A stretch of 64,000 nt of DNA from Octopus vulgaris (Eukaryota): contig OX597838.1 of the NCBI GenBank assembly GCA_951406725.2, positions 42,408,001-42,472,000 of the forward strand, read 5' to 3'. The position numbers and the translations under genes are program-made. Shown here one piece after another: positions 26,074-38,346 of this stretch. Under the pieces are notes generated by a model. It was not told the origin of the DNA, made no database searches, and saw only the letters and a program-made list of their open reading frames with translations. The first letter of the stretch is position 1, and the number at the start of each line of letters is the position of its first letter.

Positions 26074-26460
26074 AGGTGCAGGCATGACTGTGTAGTTAAG
26101 AAGCTTGTTTCCTAACCATGTGGTTTTGGGTTCAGTCCCACTACACGACACCTTGGGCAAGTGTTCTACTGTAGCCCCTGGCCAACCAATGCCTTGTGAA
26201 TAAATCTGGTAGATGGAAACTGTGTGTGTGTGTGTCTCTCTCTCTCTCTCTCTCTCTCTTTGTATCTGTGTTTGTTCCCTCTGCTCTCTACTGCTTGACA
26301 TCAGCTGTTGGTTTGTTTACATCCTTGTAGCTAAGTGGTTCAGCAATAAGGACAGATAGAATAAAAGACTTAAGTACTGGGATTGAATTGTTTGACCAAA
26401 ATTCCTCAAGGCGGTGCTCTAGCATGGCCCCAGTCCAATTACTGAAACAAGTAAAAGAAA
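26074..26460 (+). mobile_element. SINE family A, tail type 1
   Basis: Full structure. Confidence 0.85.
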
Positions 26461-27593
26461 ATATTTGAAGAAAGTAAATACTGAATCCTTTTGGTAATTT
26501 TTGCAGTGAATCTAAATGAGTTTGTATCAGTTCTACATCAGGTCAGTTTGTGATTGAAAAATAAAGCATCAGTCAAGTACTGAGGTCAAGATTAGCAACT
26601 ACCCAACTCGCCTCAAAGCTGCTGGACCTACACCCAAATCAGGATCGATTATTACTTCTCTTATACTTCAACAGACTTTATGTTCCCTCTTTAGCCTTTT
26701 CATGCCAACATGTCTGAAGTTGTCCCTCTCATACTCTATTTTCTGACATACAAATCAACATAGTATGTAGTGTAAACATGTGAATCCAGTCAAACATCAT
26801 CACTATCTTCCTAAATCCTGTTGCATTTCACATGAAATTTTTGGTTTACTAAAGCTGTTTTGATGTGTAAATCAACCTTCCTTTTTGGGCTATAAATTTT
26901 GGTCTGAAAAATTCAGCTTGTATGCCGAAAAATGCTTAAAACTTTTGATTTTAAAGCATTCATCTTTTAATCAAATTCTTCAATATAACCTGAGAGCATA
27001 AAGGCATAAACGTTTTTTGTTTGGCAAGATTCTTGATGTGAACTCGTGTGTTGAAACATAATCTGTTGTGTCTCAGGAGAGTCATTACGCCAATAATAAA
27101 CACATGCACTGGTTCTTTTTCACTTCTTTTTTTTTATTGCTCAATTGATTAAACCATTTAACCAATAAACTAATCAACTGTTTGCTTAATCAATCAACCA
27201 ACCAACCAACCAACCAACTAACCAATCAATCAATCAATCAACCAATCATTCAGGTTTGTCAAAGTCCTTTCATCACCATTCACTATCTCATCAATTACAT
27301 GCCCTTTTTTACTCCCCTTTGCATCAATACCAGTTTAGTGAAAAAATTACTTACACTTAATCCCTACAAATTCTTGGTTATTTTCAAAATTAATTAAAAC
27401 CTAAACGCTCTGTGTAGTTCAGAAATGCATTTTAGTATTGATGGTTACAAAAGGGTGAAAACTATTTACTATAAACAAACTCACCCTTCCCCGTTTTCTT
27501 TTCACTTTTAAACTTCTCTATCTCCTGAAACCTACTTTTCAGCTGTTTACATTTCCTCCCAAAACATTCCTTTGAGCTCAGGATTAATGTTAC

Positions 27594-27765
27594 TCACCAC
27601 CACCACCACCATCATTATCTTCATTGCCATCACCACCACCACCACTACCACCACCACCACCCCCACTTCCATACCACTGCCAACCACCACCACCACCATC
27701 ACCACCAACCACCACCAACAACAACACTACCACTGCCAACCACCACCACCACCATCACCACCACA
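27594..27765. repeat. Imperfect (ACC)n microsatellite
   Basis: Seen directly. Confidence 0.9.
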
Positions 27766-28269
27766 CTCTTTCAAGTTCCACTCACATGTACTGCCAGCTG
27801 TGTCTGAGTGGTACAATGTTGCCACCAGCCTGTGTCTATGAAACCACAATAGTTTTCTCTCTCTTCCTCCCTCTCTTTGTCTATTTCACTCTTCTTAAAC
27901 AAAAGCTTCAACTTTTTCCTCTTTACTTTCATCCCATTACCACCATCAGCCAGCTAGCAGCCAGTCTGCTAACCAAGGAAACTAAGCTGTTATGAAATAC
28001 TACTACTGCAACCCATTCTACCTATCCACAAGAGTACAAGGGGGTAGGGAAGCTTTTTACTACTTGGGGGCAAATTGTAAATGCATAAAAACATGTGAAG
28101 GTGTGTCTCTGTTTTGAAAACAATGAGTCTTTAATTCTATAAATTCTATTAGCATGTTAAATTAAATTCCTAGTTTGGTCTTGAGGCTAAAATCTTTTTC
28201 TCATGAATTTTTAGACTTCATCAGTGAATAGTTTCAAATTTGAGGGTGGATGAAAATTTTTTATCCCTT

Positions 28270-28850
28270 AACTCTATGTGGTTACACAATCTGCTAGAAA
28301 TAACAGTCAAGTCTCTCTGGCTCTAATCATACCCAACCCAGTGCCATCTTACAACATGGACACACTAGGCAGTTGCCCGTTGGGGGTTTTATGGGTCTAG
28401 GGACCCAATTCTATACTATATATGCTGTAGCTTACTGTCAAATATCAGAGGACCCAGTGCATTGATTTGCCTGACCCTATCATCTTAGAAAGTAGCAGAT
28501 ATCCCTGAAAAGACAGGGGATGAGAATCATGGCTTGTATGGGGTTTCCCTGACACTAAACAACAGTTACAACCTATCCTAATCTAATCTATGATTATCAT
28601 ACATTGCTATTTAGTTCTTCCTACTACACCAATTACTTATGGGGCGAATGAGGGAGACTTGTTGAAAATAGCAGCCAAATCTCCCTCAAATCATACACCT
28701 ACATTATTCTCAAAAAAAAAAAGACATCTGGGAAAACATAGTCATTGATGCACCAACTGAAACAGAGGGGGAATGGTCATGGTTGGAATAGTTTTGATTA
28801 TAGGCCTGCTACTTATCCAGACCTCACCATGAGCTAAACAACCACAACTA
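28270..28850 (+). repeat. Two tandem decayed copies of an unclassified short interspersed repeat
   Basis: Shared motifs AAATA(A/G)CAG(T/C)CAA..TCTC..AATCATAC and TCATGG(C/T)T...CTAAACAAC. Related pieces at about 29500-29555, 30490-30610 and, reversed, 42755-42925 and 55875-56095. Confidence 0.5.
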
Positions 28851-29372
28851 CTTATTTATCTCCCCACATAGCTCCTTCCCAGTTCTCATAATGTGGAGGT
28901 GGGAGGCTGCTTGTACCTATCTAGACCTTCCATGTGTCCCCCATCCCCACTCATCCTATCAGTTATCTAGTCAACTACCAACACAATTGTTTACATACCT
29001 ACCTATTTGCCTACAGAGCAATTTAAACCCTAGACCCACTGACCCAACTGTACTTGTGCTATGTCTACCAACCCTGTCTGTCTGCCTGTCTGCCTGCCTG
29101 CCTGTCTGCCTGTTCATTTGTCCATATGCATGCCTATACCTACCTACCTACATATGTAAATACCTACCTACTCCCCCATCTACCTTCTTACTTAGCCACC
29201 CAGTAAGCACTCAGGTACACAACCCCCCCCCCCCGGCCCTACCCCGAATATGCAGCTGAGCATACCAGAGCAGAGAATCATGAAGCATGTTTGTTACCAT
29301 GAAGCTGCACGGAACACTGACAGTAACAAAACATGCTCATACACATACGTACATGCAGATACACACATGCAT

Positions 29373-29406
<34 letters not shown>

Positions 29407-29559
29407 GCACGCACACACACACACACACACATGTAACATTAGAATGGGGATAGTTGTACTTTTATAGGTCACTACCAGTGAGCCAGAGATCCTGTATATG
29501 GTCGTTTGACATGCTAGAAACAGCAACCAAATCTCACTCAAATCATACTCAACTGTCAA

Positions 29560-30465
29560 CATCATCATCATCATTTCACATGTTTTCCATGCTGTCATGG
29601 GTTGAGCAATGTAATAAAAAGTGTCAAGTCAGAAGACAGCAGAAAGCTCTGGTGGGGTTTCTATAGATGGATGCCCTTCCTCACAGCAACCACTTTACAG
29701 AGCATGCTGGGCAGGGGGGGGGGGGGTTGCTTTTTGTGTGGCACCAGCAGCAGCAGCAGTAAGGTCACTGAGTAACTGGCAACGCAGGGGAGTGTGGGGT
29801 GAGGTATTGAGGAACAGAAAGAGAGCATCTTGCAGTAGAGAAGAAATATGGCTGCCTCAGGTGGGAAACGAGAGAGAAACAAGGTGAAGATGTGATGGGG
29901 AATACAGCTAAGTTAGAGGGAGGTGTACATAGTGAAGTGGACCAGGGATTGGAGAAGGTGGGTGGGTAAGTTCAGAAGATTGTGAAAGGAGAGTGGGAGA
30001 TGGAGGGCAGAGGGAATGCAGTGAGTGGGCACAGGCAGGGGGAGGGGGATATTAGGAGGAAATGTTGTGGGGGAAGGGATTAGACAGGAACAAATATTGT
30101 GTACAGGTAGGTTCGTGAGGGAGAGTCAGAGTTAGAGGGGAGGAGAATACAACAGGTGGTGTATTCCCCTTCCTTCTTTTTCTAAAGTGGAGGGAGGAGG
30201 TGTTGGAAGGTGGATGTGTGGGTGGTGAAAATGGGTTGTGGGGGGAGAGGTACGTCAGGTGACAGATTGTATGTGGAGTAAGAGGCATGGACATGAAGGA
30301 CATGCCTTTATGGCCTCTATTTTTCTCAGCTGGAGAAATCTTCTCAAGCACAGCAAATTGTCAGTTGTCTCAGTCACTTGTCATCTTCTCTATGAGGCTC
30401 AGCATCTGAAGATCCCTTGTCACCAATTTGTGTCTTTCTGAGTCTTTCTCTTCCACATTCCAAGA
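29560..30465 (-). mobile_element. Old RTE LINE 3' portion (ORF end plus 3' UTR)
   Basis: (CAT)n tail at 29570; decayed ORF end (...FAVLEK) near 30340-30465. Confidence 0.7.
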
Positions 30466-31309
30466 TCAAAAATTAAAAAAAAAAAAAATAGCAGACAGAA
30501 AGGAACACATTGGACCATACAGTTATTGAAATATAAAAAGATGGGGTGATTGAAATACTTTGAGCATAGTTTTGCTCAATCAAACATGACCTAGGGCTAA
30601 AAAACAACAACAACAACAGCAGCAACAATATGTTTCATGAAGAAATAATGAATACAAAGTAAAACTGTGCCATGTGCTGAGAGTGACTGGTACCCAATGC
30701 ATAGGAAGACTGCAGAAATCATCATCATCATCATTGTTGTCATTTAACATTCATCTTCCATGCTTTCTCTTTGAGAGATATTTAAAGAAGGTGATGAAAG
30801 CTTAGTCAGAGAGGGAAATACACGTCTTTAAACCTTTTCGATGAGTGCACAACACAAACCTTTTTGCTAGTTCCATAAGGCAGAGGAAAACCAGCTGTCT
30901 TTCTGTACCAAAGGAAGGTAGCATGTCAATTTTCACTATAGACTCAGCTGATAACTAGATCCTCCTCCAAGCAACAGCAGCCATGTCATACAAATCCACA
31001 AGTTGCTAATGCATAGACACTGAATGCAGGATGATTTCGTCTGCCCCCCCCCCACTCTGCCAGCTGTACACATTTTGGCTTTTGGCATTTCCATCTCAAA
31101 CTGACATGGTAGTTTTCTCCTGTTGCACTGCCTTGCCAAGGACTTTTGCAAGTTGTCCATAGTCCCCAACTTCAAAAATCCTCCAGAAGAGACAGTCCAA
31201 ACTGTTTTCATTGGCACTCAGGGTCAAACACAGATCTGGAAATAGAGATAACTAGAACAAGGGATTTGAAACACAGGAATAAAAATCTCTATAATAATTA
31301 GTGCCAAAG

Positions 31310-31326
31310 CATCATCATCATCATCG

Positions 31327-31360
<34 letters not shown>

Positions 31361-31830
31361 TTTTTGGACCCATTGCCATGCTGGCAACAGTTGGATGGAT
31401 CCAATGGTTTCAAGCATCAAGCTCTAAACATGGTTTCTATGGCTGGATGCTCTTCCTAACATCACTCACTTTACAAAGAATACTGAGTGCTTTCCTTTGT
31501 GTCACAAGCACTAGTGAGGTCACCATATAACTGGCATGACTGAGGTTCTGTTCAATTGTGAAGGGCTACAGTAGAGAGGGAGCTAGATTTATGCAAGGAG
31601 AAAAGAGGTCAGAGTATGAAAGAAAAGGCCAGAACAGAATAGGTTTCTTGCTATGGAGGAGCTAGATGGCTCCTCATTTTATAGAAGAGTAGGTGGGAGT
31701 AAGTGGGCTGGAACTGGAAAGAGAAACAAGGGGGTAATACAGTACACTCTGAAGGTACAAGAAAGTGAATGGTAGGGAGTGTGGGTGGGATTGCAGAAAT
31801 GAATGAAGAGAATGAGGGGTGGACAAGAGA
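31310..31830 (-). mobile_element. Old RTE-related 3' UTR fragment
   Basis: (CAT)n tail followed by CCATGCTGGC and GGCTGGATGCTCTTCCTAAC motifs. Confidence 0.6.
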
Positions 31831-32033
31831 TGTATTATTATAGAAATTATGATTGGGAAGAATTTGAAAATATGCAATAAATACATAACTTAAATTCTAG
31901 GACTTACAGTAAATAGCAATACTAGGTGTGTGACCGTTTTATTATGGTGGAAAATACAAAACCAAAACAAAAGCCTGCTCATACTTAAGGCCAAGAACTT
32001 TTGCTTAACAGAACACTGAAAACATATGCCTAC

Positions 32034-32277
32034 AGGCATATGGCGTAGTGGTTAAGAGCATGGCCTACTAAGCCCAAGATTCCAAGTTTGATTCCAGGCA
32101 GTGACCTGAATAATAACAACAACAATAACAACAACAACATCAAAAAATACCTTAGGAATGAGAACCAAGGTTCAAAATTTCCCCAAGACACCTGATGAAG
32201 GCTGGAGGGTATATCAGCCAAAATGTTGTGTTAACGAACAAGATGAAGACAAATATCCGTCGAATGTAAATAATGTA
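32034..32277 (+). mobile_element. tRNA-headed SINE-like element containing a decayed minimal hammerhead ribozyme
   Basis: A-box TGGCGTAGTGG (32041), B-box GTTTGATTCC (32086), (AAC)n linker, then GACAC-CTGATGA-A-GGCTG..CAGCC-AAAATGTT-GTGTT (32187-32232). Confidence 0.65.
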
Positions 32278-32334
32278 CTGAAAGCATTGCAATAAAACTA
32301 AGATTTCTAAATAATAATAATAATAATAATTCTT

Positions 32335-33303
32335 TCTAGTATTGACCCAAGACCAGCAACTCATGTAGAGGGGAGGATGTAAGTTGATTCCATCAACCCA
32401 GTACTTTACTGGTACTTTATTTTATTGATTCCAAAAAGAATGACAGGTAAAGTTGGCCTCAGCATTTTATCCAAAAGGCTAATGATACTGCCAGGTCACC
32501 ATCCTAATAATAATAATAATAATTCTAACAATGATGGAAACTCTCATCAAAGATGACATATGAGTGCTCAGTTTTTTGCTGAACGACTTGCACAAATGAT
32601 TTGTTTATAGAAATTGAATGTATGTGCTGTACCTTAGCTCACTCCATCCATCAAATCACCATTGCCTGTACAAGTGCACAAATGTGCCATGCGTCAGATG
32701 CCAGAATGATTGCAAAACAATGTGGAAAGAAGTGTTTCGCCCAAGAACACAATGTGCTGCCCAGTTCAGGAACTGAACCCATGATCTAGCAATCCCGAAT
32801 GCAATGCACTGACCACTAGGCTACACACATTCACAATAAGAATAATAATCATAATAGTAATGATTTGGGATTTTGGCACAAAGCCAGCTATTTTTAGGGG
32901 AGAAGGTTAGTCAGTGTCATCCACCTCAGTACTTGACTTGTACCATATTCTATCAACCCTGAAAGGATGAAAGGCAATGTTCACCTTGGTGGGATTTGAA
33001 CTCTGAATGTAAAGAAGTGGAAGGAATATAGCAAGGCATTTTTTTACCAACACTCTAAGGATTCTGATGATCCACTGTAATAATTAATAATAATTCTTTT
33101 TAGTATGGGCTCAAGACCTAAAATTTTAGGAAGGGGACCTGCCAATTATATCGACCCCAGTGCTCAACTGGTACTTATTTTGTCAACCCCAAAAGGATGA
33201 AAGACAAAGTCAACCTTAGCAGAATTTGAACTCAGAATGTAAAGTCAAACAGAGTTCTGCTAGGTATTTTGTCTAGCATGCTAACAATTCTGCTAGCTCA
33301 CCA
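32335..33303 (-). mobile_element. Cluster of three SINE family B copies (about 32335-32500, 32865-33075, 33095-33303) plus one family C fragment, separated by (AAT)n
   Basis: Each carries the reverse-complemented Nin/Deu-like core. Confidence 0.7.
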
Positions 33304-34506
33304 GATAATAATAATAATAATAATAATGATAATAATAATTCACACACACATTCATATAACCATGCACACACATACACAACGTAGAAGCAAGATGGTCAAA
33401 TTAAAGTAATGCTTGACCTGTTTTATAGGAGAATGAGGGTTCAAATCTGTTACAAGTATTTCACTTATGTTTGTGGTTAGAACCATTTACTGGTTTAGCT
33501 TGCACAACAGTCAACTAATAAAGAAATCAGATCATCTGAAAATATGCTTCATTTCATACTTCATCCACTTTATGTTATGAATATGAAACTAAGCGCAAAA
33601 ACCTAAAAGCTCCTCCTTGTAAGACGCTGGTGGCATCGATATATAGATTACATTCCACACCCGCACCCCACCCAGGGGAAAGAAAGAAAAACTAAAATGT
33701 AATATTTTGCCACACTCAAAACAACATTGGCATATAGCTTATTCATTCACTCAGACACATGCACACACATAGAAGCTTCTATACATATATATATATACAC
33801 ATACAAAAACAAACATTTCACATCTCTCTATATATTAATATCAATAAACAGGCTTACACATTAACTCACACACACACACATACACACTTATATAGCAAGG
33901 CTTATAAACAAAAATATATGCATACATAAAAGCAACGTCACTCGTGTGTGTGTATGTGTATAGAAATAAACATTATACACACACATTGAAATCTAGGTAC
34001 TCACACAAATAAAACCAGAAGCATGCAGATGTACACGGATATAAACTTGATCGAAATTCCGTACACATGCGGATACACGTGTTTGGGGTATAATGGAATC
34101 AGTATTCACACATGTTCCATGATACTTAATATTACTCCGGTTAATATTAAAAGAATGACCTAAAATAAGATTGAGGTAATATATAGACCCAGGAGTGAGC
34201 TACTGTTTTAATAGAAGCAAATGGAAATTGAAAATATTCTGATAGGCTCTGATAAATTTTTTGATAGATTCCTAATAGAAGTAGGCTACACTTTAAACAT
34301 AATCAATTAGAAATTGGGGAAAAGTAAAAACAAAAAACAAAAAATAGCTGATAAAGATAAGTTTATAGATTCCAAAAAATTGACATAAACTATTTACATA
34401 TGGAGGACAAAATGGAGGTAAAGGGGGGTGGGGTTACTCTCATTTTGTAATTTGAGTTACAAGCTAGTTGTTTGGCACCCTAATATTTTTCACTCTCCAC
34501 AGCTAG

Positions 34507-34516
34507 TATTATTATT

Positions 34517-34582
<66 letters not shown>

Positions 34583-34647
34583 GCTGTTGCTGTTGTTGTT
34601 GTTATTAATAATAATAATAATAATCATCATCATCATCATCATCATCA
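34507..34647. repeat. Compound (TTA)(TTG)n(TAA)n(CAT)n microsatellite
   Basis: Seen directly; the (CAT)n part is the LINE tail. Confidence 0.95.
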
Positions 34648-34794
34648 TTTAGCGTCCGCTTTCCATGCTAGCATGGGTTGGACGGTTCAACTGGGGTCTG
34701 GGGAGCCCGAAGGCTGCACCAGGCCAGTCAGATCTGGCAGTGTTTCTACAGCTGGATGCCCTTCCTAACGCCAACCACTCCGAGAGTGTAGTGG

Positions 34795-36725
34795 GTGATT
34801 TTATGTGCCACCGACACAGGTGCCAGACGAGGCTGGCGAACGGCCACGCTCGGATGGTGTTTTTATGTGCCACCGACACAGGTGCCAGACGAGGCTGGCA
34901 GACGGCCACGCTCGGATGGTGTTTTTATGTGCCACCGACACAGGTGCCAGATGAGGCTGGCGGACGGCCACGATCGGATGGTGTTTGTTACGTCCCCAAA
35001 GCACGGAGGCCAGTCTATGCGGTACTGGCTACGGCCACGTTCGGATGATTTTCTTGTGTGCCACCGGCACTGGTACCACAAAGATACAAATTCCATTGAT
35101 GTTCATCTATTTTGATTTGTTTTGATTTGATTTTCACTTGCCTCAACAGGTCTTCACAAGTGTCACAAGAAGGAAGGTATGCACAGGTGGATTGACTACG
35201 TCCCAGGTAGGGGCCACGGGTTATGGCCTGACTAGTCTTGCCGGGTCTTCGGATGGTGTTTTTATGTGCCACCAACACAGGTGCCAGATGAGGCTGGCGA
35301 ACGGCCACGATCGGATGGTGTTTGTTGCGTGCCCACAGCACGGAAGCCAGTCGATGCGGTACTGGCTACGGCCACGTTCGGATGGTTTTCTTGTGTGCCA
35401 CCGGAACTGGTACCACAAAGATACAAATTCCATTGATGTTCATCTATTTTGATTTGATTTGATTTGATTTTATTTGATTTTCACTTGCCTCAACAGGTCT
35501 TCACAGGTCTTCACAAGTGTCACAAGAAAGAAGGAAGGTATGCACAGGTGGACTGACTACGTCCCAAGTAGGGGCCACGGGTTATGGCCTGACTAGTCTT
35601 GCCGGGTCTTCGGATGGTGTTTTTATGTGCCACCGACACAGGTGCCAGATGAGGCTGGCGGACGGCCACGATCGGATGGTGTTTGTTATGTGCCCACATC
35701 ACAGAGGCCAGTCGATGGGGTACTGGCTACGGCCACGTTTGGATGGTTTTCTTGTGTGCCACTGGTACTGGTACCACAAAGATACAAATTCCATTGATGT
35801 TCATCTATTTTGATTTGGTTTGATTTGATTTGATTTGATTTTCACTTGCCTCAACAGGTCTATACAAGTGTCACACACTTGCCTCAACAGGTCTTCACAA
35901 GTGTCATAAGTAGGAAGGTATGCACAGGTGGACTGACTACGTCGCCGGGTCTTCGGATGGTGTTTTTATGTGCCACCGACACAGGTGCCAGATGAGGCTG
36001 GCGAACGGCCACGATCAGATGGTGTTTGTTGTGCCCACAGCACGGAGGCCAGTCGATGCGGTACTGGCTACGGCCACGTTCGGATGGTTTTCTTGTGTGC
36101 CACCGGTACTGGAACCACAAAGATACAAATTCCATTGATGTTCATCTATTTTGATTTGGTTTGATTTTCACTTGCCTCAACAGGTCTTCACAAGTGTCAC
36201 ACGTGTCACACACTTGCCTCAACAGGTCTCCACAAGTGTCACACACTTGCCTCTGCCTCAACAGGTCTTCACAAAGTGTCACACACTTGCCTCTGCCTCA
36301 ACAGGTCTTCACAAGTGTCACACACTTGCCTCAACAGGTCTTCACAAGTGTCATAAGAGGGAAGGTATGCACAGGTGGACTGACTACGTCGCCGGGTCTT
36401 CGGATGGTGTTTTTATGTGCCACCGACACATGTGCCAGATGAGGCTGGCGAACGGCCACGATCGGATGGTGTTTGTTGTGCCCACAGCACGGAGGCCAGT
36501 CGATGCGGTACTGGCTACGGCCACGTTTGGGTGGTTTTCTTGTGTGCCACCGGCACTGGTACCACAAAGAATACAATTCCACTGATGTTCATCTATTTTG
36601 ATTTGATTTTCACTTGCCTCAACAGGTCTTCATAAGTGTCACAAGAAGGAAGGTATGCACAGGAGGACTGACTACGTCCCAGGTAGGGGCCACAGGTTAT
36701 GGCCTGACTAGTCTTGCCGGGTCTT
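34795..36725. repeat. Hierarchical tandem array in the LINE 3' UTR
   Basis: About 61-bp units at 34795-34980; five units of about 330-450 bp with junctions GCCGGGTCTTC near 35245, 35605, 35948, 36395 and 36720; about 31-37-bp subrepeats at 36170-36355. Confidence 0.95.
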
Positions 36726-37825
36726 CTCACGCACAGCATACTTCCATAGGTCTCAGTCTCTAGACATTTCCTTAGTGAGACCTAAAGTTCGAAGGTCGTG
36801 CTTCACCACCTCGTCCCAGGTTTTCCTGGGTCTACCTCTTCCACAGGTTCCCTCAACTGCTAGGGTGTAGCACTTTTGCACACAACTATCTTCAGCCTTT
36901 CTCGTCACATGACCATACCAGCGCAGCCGTCTCTCTTGCACACCACAACTGACGCTTCTTTGTTTCATCTTTTCTCTCAAGGAACTTACACTCTGACGAT
37001 TATGAACACTGACATTACACATCCATCGGAGCATACTGGCTTCATTTCTTGCGAGCTTACGCATATCCTCAGCAGTCACGGCCCATGTTTCACTACCATG
37101 TAGCATGGCTGTACGTACACATGCATCATACAGTCTGCCTTTTACTCTGAGCAAGAGGCCTTTTGTCACCAGCAGGGGTAAGAGCTCTCTAAACTTTGCC
37201 CAGTCTATTCTTACTCTAGCAGTTACACTTTCAGCACACCCACCCCCGCTACTGACTTGGTCTCCTAGGTAGCGGAAGCTATCAACTACTTCTAGTTTGT
37301 CTCCCTGGAACGTGGCAGAAGTTGGTCTCTGCACATTTCCAGTGTTTATTGCTCCTGAGCATTTGCCACAGACAAAAACTATTTTCCTAGTTAGCCTTCC
37401 TTTGACATTGCTGCACCTCTTATGTGTCCATAGCTTACACTTGGTGCATCTTATAGAGTTTCTACCTACACCTTTTTTACAGATCGAGCAGGGCCATCTA
37501 CCTGAAGGCGTTTGTGATTGATCTACCTTCCTACTTATTAGGACTTTGGTTTTGGCTAGGTTGATTCTAAGGCCCTTCGATTCTAATCCTTGTTTCCACA
37601 CCTGAAACTTCTCCTCCAGTTCTGATAGTGACTCAGCAATTAGAGCAAGGTCATCAGCATAGAGGAGCTCCCAGGGGCAACCTGTCTTGAATTCCTCCGT
37701 TATTGCCTGGAGGACTATGATAAATAGGAGGGGACTGAGGACTGAACCTTGGTGGACCCCAACCTCTACCCGGAATTCTTCACTGTACTCGTTGCCAACC
37801 CTCACCTTACTAGCAGCGTCTCTGT
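36708..37825 (-). pseudogene. RTE reverse transcriptase C-terminal half with embedded PHD-type zinc finger
   Basis: GVHQGSVLSPLLF, LLYADDLAL, FRYLG, RRLRWYGHV and GRGRPRKTW. The TGA at 36753-36755 is probably a CGA>TGA change, because the frame continues DLWKYAVREKTRQD to TAG at 36708. Confidence 0.95.
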
Positions 37826-37851
37826 AAATAATAATAATAATAATAATACAT

Positions 37852-37994
37852 TTCGAGTTCAAATTCCACTGAGGTCGACTCTGCCTTTCATCCTTTCTGA
37901 GTTGATAAGTTAAGTACCAGTGAAACACTGGGGTTAATGTAATCGATTATCCACCTTCCCCAAATTTCAGGCCTCGTGCCTATAGCAGAAAGGA

Positions 37995-37998
<4 letters not shown>
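37852..37998 (+). mobile_element. SINE family B (5' truncated)
   Basis: GAGTTCAAATTCCACTGAGGTCGACTCTGCCTTTCATCC core. Confidence 0.75.
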
Positions 37999-38046
<48 letters not shown>

Positions 38047-38064
38047 ACTAGGAAGCTGTGAAAT

Positions 38065-38346
38065 CATTATTATTATTGCCTTTGCACAGCTTCTAATGCT
38101 GGAGAAATACTACAATGTCTGCTGTTCACAAACAGTGAACTAAGGTAACACCTCTTATTTTTCAAGCACCTCCCGGAGTATCCGAGCGGTTCCAAGCGGT
38201 GCTCCATCCTTATAGCAGCCCTTATTTGTTCCATGTACTTCTTGAGATTTTTGCTCACTGTTCCCAGGGCTCTGACAATTGGTACTACTGCTACCTTTTT
38301 CATCGACCACAACTGCTTAACTTGCTACCTTTTTCATCAACCACAA
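38065..38346 (-). mobile_element. 3' end of an R4/Dong-like LINE (restriction-like endonuclease clade)
   Basis: WSMKKVAVVPIVRALGTVSKNLKKYMEQI matches the C-terminal RLE-domain motif (VVPIV.GALG). Flanked by (TTA)n on both sides. Confidence 0.75.

Larger units (their letters stand above)
34623..37825 (-). mobile_element. Young 5'-truncated RTE-clade LINE with expanded 3' UTR
   Basis: RT ORF, about 2.1 kb repetitive 3' UTR and (GAT)n tail, with (AAT)n at both junctions. Confidence 0.95.

Noticed and set aside
32041-32100. Functional tRNA genes at SINE heads (also 19730, 26080, 56545)
   Set aside because: A/B boxes are present but no complete cloverleaf is evident, and each runs into SINE body sequence.
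34795-36725. CRISPR-like array or repeat-protein ORFs
   Set aside because: Units are contiguous tandem copies without unique spacers, lie in a LINE 3' UTR, and the context is eukaryotic with no cas genes. The overlapping ORFs are by-products of the repeats.
37826-37928. N-terminus of the 391-aa ORF (MFHW...IIIIIII)
   Set aside because: Fortuitous read-in from an antisense SINE and (ATT)n; the LINE is 5' truncated near 37825.
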